Origin: Candidatus Binatia bacterium
GTDB lineage: Bacteria; Desulfobacterota; Binatia; UBA9968; JAJDTQ01
Assembly (NCBI GenBank): GCA_963422385.1
Contig: OY729432.1
Span: forward strand, 1,237,666 to 1,301,665
Length of the DNA stretch: 64,000 nucleotides
Direction: 5' to 3'
Part shown: positions 1 to 9,185 of the stretch, in pieces
How positions within the stretch are numbered: the stretch's first letter is position 1
Layout: each line of letters opens with the position of its first letter
The notes under the pieces: generated by a model
What the model was told of the DNA's origin: nothing
Seen by the model: the letters and a program-made list of their open reading frames with translations, nothing else
Databases searched by the model: none
Program-made: the position numbers and the translations under genes

Positions 1-338
1 GCCGGCACCCGCACGTACTCGGCAAAGCCGCCATCGGTGTTGGCGCCGAGGTCGAAGCCGGTGAGGACCACGTCGTCGCCCGCAGCGAAATCGCCGACGC
101 CGCTTTCCACCACCGTGCCCGCGGCGTCGATGCCGGGGGTGTGGGGGAAGTTGCGGGTCACGCCCTTGTTGCCGGAGGCCGACAGCGCGTCCTTGTAATT
201 GAGCGAGGAATAGGCCACCGAGACGAGCAGGTCGCCGTCCGGCAGGTCGTCCGCCGCCCTCTGGCTGATGGCGCGGGAAAAGGTCTTGTCCCCGTTCTCG
301 CTCACGACCATGGCTCGAAAGCGCGTCGAGTCTGACAT
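1..338 (-). CDS. NADPH:quinone oxidoreductase / YhdH-AcuI-like MDR-family protein, N-terminal 112 codons; gene continues past window start
   Basis: Reverse translation from ATG at 338 gives MSDSTRFRAMVVSENGDKTFSRAISQRAADDLPDGDLLVSVAYSSLNYKDALSASGNKGVTRNFPHTPGIDAAGTVVESG..., typical of the YhdH/Qor N-terminal GroES-like domain. AAAGGA sits upstream on the minus strand. Confidence 0.65.
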   Translation of the reverse strand, partial: MSDSTRFRAMVVSENGDKTFSRAISQRAADDLPDGDLLVSVAYSSLNYKDALSASGNKGVTRNFPHTPGIDAAGTVVESGVGDFAAGDDVVLTGFDLGANTDGGFAEYVRVP

Positions 339-405
339 GATGGAGATCCTTTCACTCACAAGAGGTCAGATCTTGTACTGGTGCTCTTTAAGCAAAAGTA
401 CATGG

Positions 406-2733
406 TCAAGATCTGACCCCTTCGTTGCCTTGCCGGCGCTCCTGCAGGCGTTGCCATACCTTGGGCGGCGTCAGCGGCAGGTCGCGGATGCGGATGCCGA
501 CGGCATCGTCCACCGCCGCGGCAATCGCGGACGCGGCCGGCAGCACGCCGCCCTCGCCCATGCCCTTGGCCCCGAACGGCCCGGGGCCGTTTCCGCTTTC
601 CACCAGCTCCGAGATGAAATTCTCCGGCAAGTCGTGGAACGTCGGCACGCGGTAGTCCACGAGGTTGGGGTTCAGAAGCTGGCCTTCCTCGTACACCATC
701 TCTTCCAGCAGCGTGTGTCCCAGGCCGAACACCACGCCGCCCTCGTCCTGTCCCTCGGCCTGCAGCGGGTTGATGGCCCGTCCCACGTCGGCCATGGACA
801 CGTACTTGAGGATACGGATGACGCCGGTATCCGGGTCCACCTCCAACTCGACGCCGCCCCAGCCCACCTCCCAAAAGGTGGTGGGGGAACCCAGCACCGC
901 GGTCTTGCTCTTCTTGTCGCGGTAGACGCCCCGGCCGACGATCTCGGTGGCGGAGCTGCCGAAGTACTCGGCGATAACGTCGCCGTAAGGTACCCCGCGT
1001 CCCTTGGCGCCGCGCACCCGGCCGCCCTTGAGCGCGAGGTTGTCGGCCTTCTCGCCCATGACCTTGGCCGCCGCCCGCAGCAACTGCTTCTTCACGTCCT
1101 GGGCCGCCCGCTGGGTCGCGAGGCCCATGACCGTCATGGAACTGCTGGCGCTGGTGGACACGTCGAAGGGGGTGACGTCGGTATCCAACTGGGCCACGGA
1201 TACCTGCTCCAGCCTGATGCCCAGCTCCTCCGCCACCACCTGGCTCAAGGCCGTGCGGCATCCCTGGCCCACCTCCACACTGCCGGTGAGCAGCACGGCG
1301 CTGCCGTCCGAGGACATCTTCACGGTGGCGCCGGCCACCTTGTAGGTGCCCCCCGCGTCTTTCAGGCACACGCTCAGCCCCTTGCCCACGTTGGGCCGGG
1401 AAGCCTTCTTCCAGTCCAGCGCCCGGGCCACCTTGCGCAGCCCCTGCTTCAGGTCGCAGTCCACGGGGGTGTCGCCGGGGGTGTAGGGCTCGCCCTTCTC
1501 CAGCAGGTTCTTGAGCCGGAAGTCCAGCGGGTCCATGCCGAGCCGCTTGGCGATCATGTCCATCTGCGACTCGTAGGCCCACGCCACCTGGACCGCGCCG
1601 AAGCCCCGGAAGGCCCCGGCCGGCACCGTGTTGCTGTAGACGCCGTGGGCATCGATCTTGACGTTGGCGACGCGGTAGGGACCCACGGCCCGGTAACCGG
1701 CCTTCTGGGTGACCCGCGGTCCGGCGTCGGCGTAGGCGCCGGTGTCCATGTAGACTTCCAGCTCCCGCGCCACCAGCTTGCCCTTCTTGCTGACCCCGGT
1801 CTTGATGCGAATACGCGCGGGATGGCGCGTCACGGTCTTGAAGCTCTCGCTGACACTGAGAGCCAGCTTGACCGGCCGGCCGTTTCTCACCGAAAGCGCC
1901 GCGGCGATGGGGTCGGCCTTGACGTAGAGCTTGCCGCCGTAGCCGCCGCCGACGTAGGGCACCACCACGCGCACCCGGTTGAGTGGCAGCTTGAAGATCC
2001 CCGCCAAGTGCCCCCGCAGCGTGAAAGGGTCCTGGCACGAGCTCCACACCGTCAACCGGTCGCCGTCGAAGTGGGCGAGGCAGATGTGGGGCTCCAACGA
2101 GTAGTGCTGCACCCGATTGAAGCGAAAAACGTCCTCGAAGACGTGGTCGGAGCGCGCGAAGCCGCCATCGACGTTGCCGCGTGAATAACCGAAGTGATAG
2201 CACACGTTGGTGCCCTTGAACCGGTCCGGCGCGCCATATTTGGAGCCCCGCAACTCGGCCTTGGGGATGTCGCCCTCATGCACCATCGGAGCGCCGGGCG
2301 CCAAGGCATCGTCCACCGTGTCCACAAACGGAAGCTCCTCGTACTCGATCTCGATGTGCCCCAAGGCCTCCTCCGCCACCAACTCGTCCGCGGACAGCAC
2401 CGCTGCCACCGGGTCGCCGACGTAGCGGACCTTGTCCACCGCCACCACTGCCTGGTCCTTGTAGGTGGCGCCGTAGTTATAATTCAGGCCGGCCAACTCG
2501 TCCCGGGTGAGGACGTCAACGACCCCGGGCAAGGCCCTGGCCTTGCTCGCATCGACCTTGAGAATCCGCGCGTGGGGCAAGGGGCTCCTCAGAATCTTCG
2601 CATACGCCATCCCCGGAAGCTCGATGTCCCCGGTATAGAACGCCTTGCCCGAAACCTTCTCGATCGCGTCGACGCGCACCGCCGGGCGCCCGGCCACTGA
2701 TAGTCGCTGTTTTTTCATGGGTGTCTCCGACAC
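406..2733 (-). CDS. xanthine dehydrogenase/aldehyde oxidase family molybdopterin-binding subunit (CoxL/XdhA-like)
   Basis: 775-aa ORF with long aldehyde oxidase/XDH a/b-hammerhead and MoCo-binding domain-like sequence (GYGGK..., AFRGFG..., VEVGQG motifs); GGAGA 5 nt upstream of the ATG. Confidence 0.88.
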   Translation of the reverse strand: MSETPMKKQRLSVAGRPAVRVDAIEKVSGKAFYTGDIELPGMAYAKILRSPLPHARILKVDASKARALPGVVDVLTRDELAGLNYNYGATYKDQAVVAVDKVRYVGDPVAAVLSADELVAEEALGHIEIEYEELPFVDTVDDALAPGAPMVHEGDIPKAELRGSKYGAPDRFKGTNVCYHFGYSRGNVDGGFARSDHVFEDVFRFNRVQHYSLEPHICLAHFDGDRLTVWSSCQDPFTLRGHLAGIFKLPLNRVRVVVPYVGGGYGGKLYVKADPIAAALSVRNGRPVKLALSVSESFKTVTRHPARIRIKTGVSKKGKLVARELEVYMDTGAYADAGPRVTQKAGYRAVGPYRVANVKIDAHGVYSNTVPAGAFRGFGAVQVAWAYESQMDMIAKRLGMDPLDFRLKNLLEKGEPYTPGDTPVDCDLKQGLRKVARALDWKKASRPNVGKGLSVCLKDAGGTYKVAGATVKMSSDGSAVLLTGSVEVGQGCRTALSQVVAEELGIRLEQVSVAQLDTDVTPFDVSTSASSSMTVMGLATQRAAQDVKKQLLRAAAKVMGEKADNLALKGGRVRGAKGRGVPYGDVIAEYFGSSATEIVGRGVYRDKKSKTAVLGSPTTFWEVGWGGVELEVDPDTGVIRILKYVSMADVGRAINPLQAEGQDEGGVVFGLGHTLLEEMVYEEGQLLNPNLVDYRVPTFHDLPENFISELVESGNGPGPFGAKGMGEGGVLPAASAIAAAVDDAVGIRIRDLPLTPPKVWQRLQERRQGNEGVRS

Positions 2734-2799
2734 CCTTCTTAACCGAAGTTACGGGGTCAGGCAATGACGCCCCGGCGGGGAGCGGCCTAGCGCCCATCC

Positions 2800-4710
2800 T
2801 CACGGCGAGCTTCGCTCCGTCTCCTCCTTCAAGGTCTCCAGCTCGGTCCAGCGCTCCACGGCCCGGTCGAGGGTGGCCTTGGCGGCTTTGAGATCGTCCA
2901 GGACCGGCTGGACGCTGGCGAAGGGCCGCGCGTAGAAGTCGGGCTGGCGGGTCTTCTCCTCCAGCGCGGCCACGGCCTGCTCCATGGCCTCGATGCGGTC
3001 CGGCAGCCCGTCCAGTTCCAGTTGCAGCTTGTAGCTGAGCTTTGTGGGGCGGGACCTCGTCTCACGCCGGTCGCGAGCCGGTTCCCGGGCGGCCTTGCGC
3101 TTCGGGTCGTCGGTGACGTTCAGGGCCTTGCCACGCCTGGCCCAGTCGCTGTAGCCGCCGGCGTAGGGCTGAATCCGGCCCGAATCCTCGAACACCAGGG
3201 TGCTGGTGACGCAGTTGTCGAGAAAGCTGCGGTCGTGGCTCACCACCAGCAGCGTGCCCCGGTAGGCCACGAGCTGCTCTTCCAGCACTTCCAGGGTCTC
3301 GATGTCGAGGTCGTTGGTGGGCTCGTCCAGGATCAGCAGGTTCGCCGGCCGGGTGAGCAGCCGGGCCAGGATGACGCGGTTGCACTCGCCGCCGGACAGC
3401 GCGGCCACCGGGCTCATGGCCCGCTTGGCACTGAAGAGAAAGCCGCTGAGGTAGCCGACGACGTGGCGCGGTTTGCCGCTCACCATGACGTGGTCGCGGC
3501 CGTCCGCCACGGTCTCGGCCACGGTCTTGTCGGGGTCGAGCTCCCGCCGCAGTTGGTCGAAATAGCCGATCTCGAGGTTGGCGCCCGGCTCCACGGTCCC
3601 GGAGTTCGGGGTGATCTCGCCCACGAGTATACGCAACAGCGTGCTCTTGCCGACGCCGTTGTTGCCGATGAGCCCGAGGCGGTCGCCGCGCATGATGCGG
3701 AGCGACAGGTCCCGGATCAGCGGCTCGGCGCCGTAGCCGTGGGTGACGTTGCGGAGCTCCACCACCTTGCGGCCCGACTGCCCGCCGTGCTGGACGTGGA
3801 TGCGCGCCTGGCCCTGAGGCTTGAGGCGCCGCGCCGCCTCCTCCCGCATGGCCATGAGGGCGCGCACCCGGCCCTCGTTGCGCGTCCGGCGGGCCTTGAT
3901 GCCACGCCGGATCCATTCCTCCTCCTGGGCCAGCCGCTTGTCGAACAAGGCGTCGCGCCGGGCGTCCTCCGCCAAGGTCTGCTCCTTGAGCCTGAGGTAG
4001 TTGTCGTAGGTGCCGGGCCAGCTCGTGAGCCGGGTGCGGTCCAACTCCACGATGCGGGTGGCCAGCCGCCGCAGGAACGCACGGTCGTGGGTGATGAACA
4101 GGACGCTGCCCGCGTAGTTGTAGATCCGGTCCTCGAGCCACTGGATGGTGCTCAGGTCGAGATGGTTGGTGGGCTCGTCGAGCAGCAGCAACTCGGCGTT
4201 GCCGACGATGGCCCGGGCGAGCCCCACCCGGCGCTGCCAGCCGCCGGACAGTTCGTCCAGACGCCGGTCCGCCGGCAGGTCCAGCTCGCTCAGGACCGTA
4301 TCCACGCGCTGGTCCACGTGCCAGCCGCCGTGGGCGTCGATCTCCCGATGCAGCGCCTCCAGCTCCAGCAGGCCCTTGCGGTCCAGAGTCTCCATGGACC
4401 GGCGGCCGTAGAGGTCGATGAGGGCCTGGAGGTCCGCCAGCCCGGTGGCGACATATTCCCGTACCGTCTGCCGGAGCTCTTCGGGAAGCGCCTGCTCCAG
4501 CTCGCTGATCCGGATGCGGCTCTGGGTGTGGATCTCCCCGTCGTCGGGCTCGATCCGGCCGGTGATGAGACGGAGCAAAGATGTCTTGCCGGCACCGTTG
4601 CGGCCGATCAGACAAACCCGCTCCCCCGGCTCGATGGCGAGTTCGGCGTGCGCCAGCAGCCGCTGGTCGCCCAACCGGAGGGATACGTCTTCGAAGCTTA
4701 CGAGGGGCAT
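2800..4710 (-). CDS. uup: ABC-F family ATPase Uup (two ABC domains plus C-terminal coiled coil)
   Basis: 636 aa with two Walker A motifs (GRNGAGKTS, GNNGVGKST), LSGG signatures, an inter-domain KARRTRNEGRVRAL linker and C-terminal KLSYKLQ..L..LP coiled-coil. Collinear with E. coli Uup (635 aa). Confidence 0.85.
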   Translation of the reverse strand: MPLVSFEDVSLRLGDQRLLAHAELAIEPGERVCLIGRNGAGKTSLLRLITGRIEPDDGEIHTQSRIRISELEQALPEELRQTVREYVATGLADLQALIDLYGRRSMETLDRKGLLELEALHREIDAHGGWHVDQRVDTVLSELDLPADRRLDELSGGWQRRVGLARAIVGNAELLLLDEPTNHLDLSTIQWLEDRIYNYAGSVLFITHDRAFLRRLATRIVELDRTRLTSWPGTYDNYLRLKEQTLAEDARRDALFDKRLAQEEEWIRRGIKARRTRNEGRVRALMAMREEAARRLKPQGQARIHVQHGGQSGRKVVELRNVTHGYGAEPLIRDLSLRIMRGDRLGLIGNNGVGKSTLLRILVGEITPNSGTVEPGANLEIGYFDQLRRELDPDKTVAETVADGRDHVMVSGKPRHVVGYLSGFLFSAKRAMSPVAALSGGECNRVILARLLTRPANLLILDEPTNDLDIETLEVLEEQLVAYRGTLLVVSHDRSFLDNCVTSTLVFEDSGRIQPYAGGYSDWARRGKALNVTDDPKRKAAREPARDRRETRSRPTKLSYKLQLELDGLPDRIEAMEQAVAALEEKTRQPDFYARPFASVQPVLDDLKAAKATLDRAVERWTELETLKEETERSSP

Positions 4711-4762
4711 GGTCCGGTAAGCGGCACCAGCGCCCGCTCAAGCCGGTGCCGCCGCTCCAACC

Positions 4763-5104
4763 CTACTTGCGGGAGCGCGTGGCCCGGGCTCCCGGCGGCC
4801 GGTAGGGCACTTCTTTCTTGACTGCCTCATCCACCGTTTCCGGCGTGACCAGCACGGTGGCCTTGATGTCCAGGGCGCCGGCATTGGCGATGTTGAGCGA
4901 GACGGCCGTCGCCGTGGCGTCGTCGGGAAGATCGGCGATCAGGTAGAGGTCCGTGTCGCCGAAGCCGTAATAGAACCCCTCCACCGTACCGCCCATGCCC
5001 TCTATGGTCTGGACCAACGCCTCCCGGCGCCGGCTGCCGCCTTCCTTCAACAGGCCCACCAGCCCCGTTGCGGTGTACTTCGATTGGAACATGTATTTTG
5101 CCAT
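4763..5104 (-). CDS. GYD domain-containing protein
   Basis: 113-aa ORF MAKYMFQSKYTATGLVGLLKEGGSRRREALVQTIEGMGGTVEGFYYGFGDTDLYLIADLPDD... matches the GYD-family pattern. Confidence 0.75.
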   Translation of the reverse strand: MAKYMFQSKYTATGLVGLLKEGGSRRREALVQTIEGMGGTVEGFYYGFGDTDLYLIADLPDDATATAVSLNIANAGALDIKATVLVTPETVDEAVKKEVPYRPPGARATRSRK

Positions 5105-5192
5105 GGGTCTCCCTCCAAACTCAGTGATATTGGATGATGGATGATATACCGTGCTTTTTCAAGCCGCGCCCCGAATCGTATGGCCCTCACTC

Positions 5193-6074
5193 CTATTGCT
5201 GGCTTGCGATGAAGGCCCGCACCACCTCGTTGAACTCCGCCGGATGCTCGCGGTACGAGAAGTGGCCGGCCTGGTTGATGATGTGCATCTGGGTGCGGCG
5301 CTCGCTTCCCGCCAGGATCTCCATCAGGCGCATGCCCTGGTCGAGGGTCGCGGTGGGGTCGTTGTAGCCCCATACCAGCAGCGTGGGCCGTTGCAGGCCG
5401 CGGTCCCGGATCCAGCCCAGGGTCTCATCCTTCTGCCGCGCGTGCCGGGCCAGGAAGAGGTTGGTCTTGAGCCCCTGCATCTCCATCTTGTCCACGGCCT
5501 CCCGGTACTTCGGCAGTTGGGCGATGGCGGTGCAGGCGTCGAGCCAGTCGTCGGTGATGTGGTCGTGGCTGTAGGAATAGCGCTCCAGCACCCAGCGCTG
5601 GCTGTCCCGACCCAGCCGCGGCTTCGGCGCATTGGCGAACACGATATCGTTGCGCCCGACGCCGGGCGCCAGGGTGTTGGTATCCACCGGGATCACGGAC
5701 TTGACCAGATCGGCCCTTTCAAGGGTCATGCGCGCCACCAGGTAGGCGCCGCGGGAATGCCCCACGAGGTGGACGTTGCCGAGCTTCAGGGTCTCCAGAA
5801 AGGCCAGCGCGTGCCGCACCACCGCGGCCATGATGTAGTCCTCGTCGCGCTTGGGATTGTCGGTCATTCCCTGGCCGAGCTTGTCCACCGCGTAGACGTG
5901 GAACCACTGCGCCAGGCCGTCGAAGTTGAGCCCCCAGTCGAGGCTGCAGTCGGCAGCGTCGTTGGAGCCGAAATTGCCGCCGTGTAACAGCACCAGCGGC
6001 TCGCCGCTGCCCTTCTCGAAGTAGCGGGTCCGGATGCCATCCACGTCCACGAACCGTTCGTCCGCCTGGTTCAT
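5193..6074 (-). CDS. alpha/beta-fold hydrolase (meta-cleavage-product hydrolase-like)
   Basis: Start set at internal ATG 6074, preceded by GAGGAGG. It gives MNQADERFVDVDGIRTRYFEKGSGEPLVLLHGG...GHSRGAYL (GxSxG nucleophile elbow) and a C-terminal His region. The upstream in-frame extension of the 413-aa ORF is GC-junk. Confidence 0.82.
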   Translation of the reverse strand: MNQADERFVDVDGIRTRYFEKGSGEPLVLLHGGNFGSNDAADCSLDWGLNFDGLAQWFHVYAVDKLGQGMTDNPKRDEDYIMAAVVRHALAFLETLKLGNVHLVGHSRGAYLVARMTLERADLVKSVIPVDTNTLAPGVGRNDIVFANAPKPRLGRDSQRWVLERYSYSHDHITDDWLDACTAIAQLPKYREAVDKMEMQGLKTNLFLARHARQKDETLGWIRDRGLQRPTLLVWGYNDPTATLDQGMRLMEILAGSERRTQMHIINQAGHFSYREHPAEFNEVVRAFIASQQ

Positions 6075-6425
6075 GCGATTCCTCCTCGATGATCGGCCAA
6101 TCCCTGTCCGGGGAAGCCTGCCGCGGGGATCTCGTGAATCGAGTTGCTTCTGCGCCGCGGCCCCGTGGCTCTTTTCGTCGTTTGCCCCACACTGTAGCGG
6201 ATTGTCGGATGAAGGGTAAGAAAGGGGAGCGCTGAAATTCCCGTTTCCCGTGGTCGCCGCAGTCCGGGAAGACCACGCTCTTGAGAAGGCTCTTCGAGCC
6301 GCGGTTCCGCTACGTCTCCCTCGATCCGCCGGACCTTCGGGCCACCTTTGCCTCGGACCCATGCGTGCTTCTGGGGCAGTTCCCCCGGGTTGACACGTGA
6401 CGTCCGGACGTCGATACTGTGGTTC

Positions 6426-7615
6426 ATGGAACAAGGCAGATTACGAAATTTTCCTGGACAGGTACGAGACGCCATCTTGCAGGTGCTGGTGCTGACGTCC
6501 CAACCGCTGTCCGCCAAGGAGATCGAAAGCCGGGTGCGGAAAATCACTGGCCCAACGCCCGCATCCTCAATCAGGTCTTACCTGAGGCTCAATACGCCGG
6601 GGCTTTTCGTTCGCGAAGAGCGTGGCGTATACGCTTTGCGAACACGCCGAAGCCGCGGCACCGGCACTCAAAGAGAGCTCGGCTACCCACGGCAATGGCA
6701 AGCGCCGTTCCATTGTGGGAAAGCGACCATCGTGAACGCCGACTGCTTCGACTGGATAGAAAGCCGGGAAGCGAATAGTCTTCATGCCGTGGTGACCGAT
6801 CCGCCTTACGGTTTGCACGAGTATACACCCGAGCAGCAGCAAAAATTGCGCAAGGGTAAGGGCGGCGTCTGGCGCGTCCCGCCCTCCTTCGATGGGAACA
6901 GGCGTTCTCCGCTTCCCCGTTTCACTACTCTGACCCGGGATCAACTGGAGCAATTGGAGACGTTTTTCTTCGTCTGGGGCAAATCCCTGCTTCCCAAGCT
7001 CGTTCCCGGCGCACATGTCGTAGTAGCCTCCAATCCCCTCGTTTCCTACATCATTTCAAGGGCATTGGCCGATGCCGGCCTGGAGAGAAGGGGAGAGATA
7101 GCGCGCCTGACCATGACCATGCGGGGGGGGGAGATCGTCCGAAGGCGGCGCATGAAGAGTTCAGCGAAGTGAGCGTCATGCCGCGTTCGATGTGGGAGCC
7201 GTGGGTGGTATGCAGGAAGCCTTTCGACGGCCGCGTTCAGGACAACTTGAGGAAATGGCAAACGGGAGGCTTTCGCCGCCCCACACCGGACAAGCCCTTC
7301 GGCGATGTCATCGCATCGGGGCCGACGAGAAAGAGCGAAAGGGCCCTTGCCCCCCATCCGAGCCTGAAACCGCAGGCATTCATGAGACAACTCGTTCATG
7401 CCGTGTTGCCCTTGGGAGAGGGTGTGATTCTCGATCCGTTTGCAGGGGCGGGCTCTACGTTGGCAGCGGCGGAGGCGGTCGGTTACGAGAGCATCGGCGT
7501 AGAGAAGGATCCTGAATTTTTTTCCCTGGCGTGCTCGTCGATACCGAAGCTTGCCGGCCTGAAGATCAACGGCAACACTAGAGCATGTATATCCAGCTAT
7601 CCCGAAGTTTCATGA
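6426..7615 (+). pseudogene. HTH-fused beta-class DNA methyltransferase (DPPY motif before FxGxG), frameshifted in a G9 homopolymer
   Basis: Frame 0 (6426..7172) has an N-terminal winged-helix-like segment then ...VVTDPPYGLHEY... and stops just after the G run at 7123-7131. Frame 2 (7169..7615) continues ...HPSLKPQAFMRQLVHAVLPLGEGVILDPFAGAGSTLAAAEAVGYESIGVEKDPEFF. Adding one G (G10) fuses the two frames into one full-length methyltransferase. The locus is lower-GC than its flanks. Confidence 0.7.
7123..7131 (+). repeat. G9 homopolymeric tract inside the methyltransferase ORF (frameshift site)
   Basis: Nine consecutive G at 7123-7131. A G10 tract would give one full-length methyltransferase reading frame. 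Confidence 0.9.
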
Positions 7616-7994
7616 TGCCGTCTTTGTGTAGCGTGGCGGTGCGTGTTCCGAGCTCCCCTCTCGGGTTCTTCCTGAAATCATCCATTGTCACCTTGCCCGG
7701 ATAAATCTCCGTGAAAGTCATCGGCGTCCTGTCCACGGCCGGTTCGGAAACGGTATCTACCGCGTAGACGAAAACACACATCCACTGGTCTCTCGCTCCG
7801 TGGGTATCGACAGCGCCTCCGGCTTTTCTTGTGGTTTTTATTTCCACGCCTTCGGCTCCGGCCTTGCCAGCGTTGCCGGCATAAAGCCCTCTCACGATGA
7901 GATCAGGATGACCATTGAAATACCTGTTTTCCGTCAAAACGCGAGAATGATTGGCGAGGCTCGCCGTCAACATGTCGGAAAGCAGGCCCGACAT
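7578..7994 (-). CDS. PD-(D/E)XK restriction endonuclease-like protein (candidate Type II REase, possibly the C-terminal part of a split gene)
   Basis: 138 aa: ...NRYFNGHPDLIVRGLYAGNAGKAGAEGVEIKTTRK... gives a PD...(E)IK catalytic motif. Convergent with the methyltransferase and overlapping it by 38 bp; lower GC; weak SD for this ATG. Confidence 0.5.
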   Translation of the reverse strand: MSGLLSDMLTASLANHSRVLTENRYFNGHPDLIVRGLYAGNAGKAGAEGVEIKTTRKAGGAVDTHGARDQWMCVFVYAVDTVSEPAVDRTPMTFTEIYPGKVTMDDFRKNPRGELGTRTATLHKDGIMKLRDSWIYML

Positions 7995-8170
7995 GATCGC
8001 ATGTCATCAAGCCGCTGCAAACCCTTCTCGGCAAGATGCGAATTGACGTCGTAAAAGAAATCGTAGACGTCCTGCATCGCCATCTGGAAATCCTGCTGTC
8101 GCAGTCCATACGGAGGTTCTGCCTTCCGATTGAACCTGGAGCTTTCAACAGTATTGCGTATGGTTGACAT
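7967..8170 (-). CDS. small ORF (67 aa), possibly the N-terminal segment of the endonuclease gene separated by a frameshift near 7995-8003
   Basis: ATG at 8170 with GGGAG 6 nt upstream. Translation MSTIRNTVESSRFNRKAEPPYGLRQQDFQMAMQDVYDFFYDVNSHLAEKGLQRLDDM... has natural, non-GC-junk composition and ends 28 nt inside the 7578..7994 ORF in another frame. The rest of the 429-aa ORF in the track is antisense to the SDR gene and spurious. Confidence 0.35.
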   Translation of the reverse strand: MSTIRNTVESSRFNRKAEPPYGLRQQDFQMAMQDVYDFFYDVNSHLAEKGLQRLDDMRSCRACFPTC

Positions 8171-8308
8171 GGCAAACTCCCAACAGCGCGAATTCCTGGT
8201 AGTTTCCAGCAACCTCGACTCTTGATCCTTCATCTCACGCTTGGAAATCAACCGGCAATCGGATAAGGGAGAGTGAGCCGGAAGGGGCAAAATCCAAGGA
8301 GGCAGGCA

Positions 8309-9133
8309 ATGGCGAAACCGAACGGCGACGAGCATCCCATGCTGAGGGAGGGGTTGGGGCGGCTGAGAGGCAGAGTGGCCATCATCACCGGCGCCAACAG
8401 CGGCATCGGCCGGGCCACCGCCCGGCTGTTCGCGCGCGAGGGGGCCAACGTTCTGTGCTGCGACATCCAGGAGACCATGACGCCGCGGGTGGACGAGCTC
8501 ATCATCAAGGATGGCGGCGAAGCCACCTTCCTGAACGTGAACGTGACCGCGGCCGGCGGTCCCGAGGAGATGGTCCGGACCGCCATCGCACGGTACGGGG
8601 ACGTGGACATCCTCTACAACAACGCCGGCGGCGGGATACGCAAGCAGGCTCACGAGTTCACGGACGAAGAGTGGAACTTCATCATGGACCTCAACCTGAA
8701 CGCCATCCAGAGGAGTGTCCGTGCGGTCATCCCCCACTTCATCGAGAAGGGTAGCGGCAACATCGTCAGCACCGCGTCCACCTTTGGACTGCTGGCCTCG
8801 GGCAACTACCCGGCCTACTGCGCCACCAAGGCGGCGGTGATCAGCCTGACCCGGCAGATGGCGCTGGACTACGGTCCCAGGGGCATCCGCGTGAACTGCA
8901 TCTGTCCCGGCGCCACCGAGACCCCGCGCTTCCGCGGGCATCCGCCGGTACCTTCGCTGCAGGCCGCCACCCCCGAGCAGCGCAAGCGCATGGCCGACAG
9001 CAACAAGGCGCTGCTGCGAATGGCGCGGCCGGAGGAGATGGCCTACGGCGTCCTGTTTCTGGTGTCCGACGAGGCGTCCTTCGTCACCGGCCACGCCCTG
9101 GTGGTGGACGGCGGCCAGACCATCGCCGTGTAA
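8309..9133 (+). CDS. SDR-family NAD(P)-dependent oxidoreductase
   Basis: TGANSGIGRATA Rossmann motif, NNAG, YxxxK (YCATKAAV) active site; AAGGAGG 6 nt upstream of ATG 8309. Confidence 0.88.
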   Translation: MAKPNGDEHPMLREGLGRLRGRVAIITGANSGIGRATARLFAREGANVLCCDIQETMTPRVDELIIKDGGEATFLNVNVTAAGGPEEMVRTAIARYGDVDILYNNAGGGIRKQAHEFTDEEWNFIMDLNLNAIQRSVRAVIPHFIEKGSGNIVSTASTFGLLASGNYPAYCATKAAVISLTRQMALDYGPRGIRVNCICPGATETPRFRGHPPVPSLQAATPEQRKRMADSNKALLRMARPEEMAYGVLFLVSDEASFVTGHALVVDGGQTIAV

Positions 9134-9185
9134 AGCAGGACACCGGCATTTGGACGAGAGGCCATAGGGATCAGGAGGACAGGCA

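Noticed and set aside
268-2203. Long ORFs on both strands overlapping the XDH-family gene (638 aa on plus, 615 aa on minus)
   Set aside because: Arg/Gly/Pro/Ala-rich low-complexity translations typical of wrong-frame reading of 65% GC DNA. The 406..2733 minus-strand frame has clear XDH/CoxL family similarity.
2734-2799. Short GC hairpins downstream of uup/GYD (for example CCCC-ggc-GGGG at about 2775-2790; GCGGCACC...GGTGCCGC at 4722-4753) as terminators
   Set aside because: No U-tracts and stems are marginal. They could be weak intrinsic terminators but the evidence is insufficient to list them as features.
3022-4821. 599-aa plus-strand and 559-aa minus-strand ORFs overlapping uup
   Set aside because: GC-junk composition; uup frame has unmistakable ABC-F motifs.
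5193-6434. Full 413-aa version of the hydrolase ORF
   Set aside because: The first 120 codons are junk-like with no SD. An internal ATG with a GAGGAGG SD gives a normal-length alpha/beta hydrolase.
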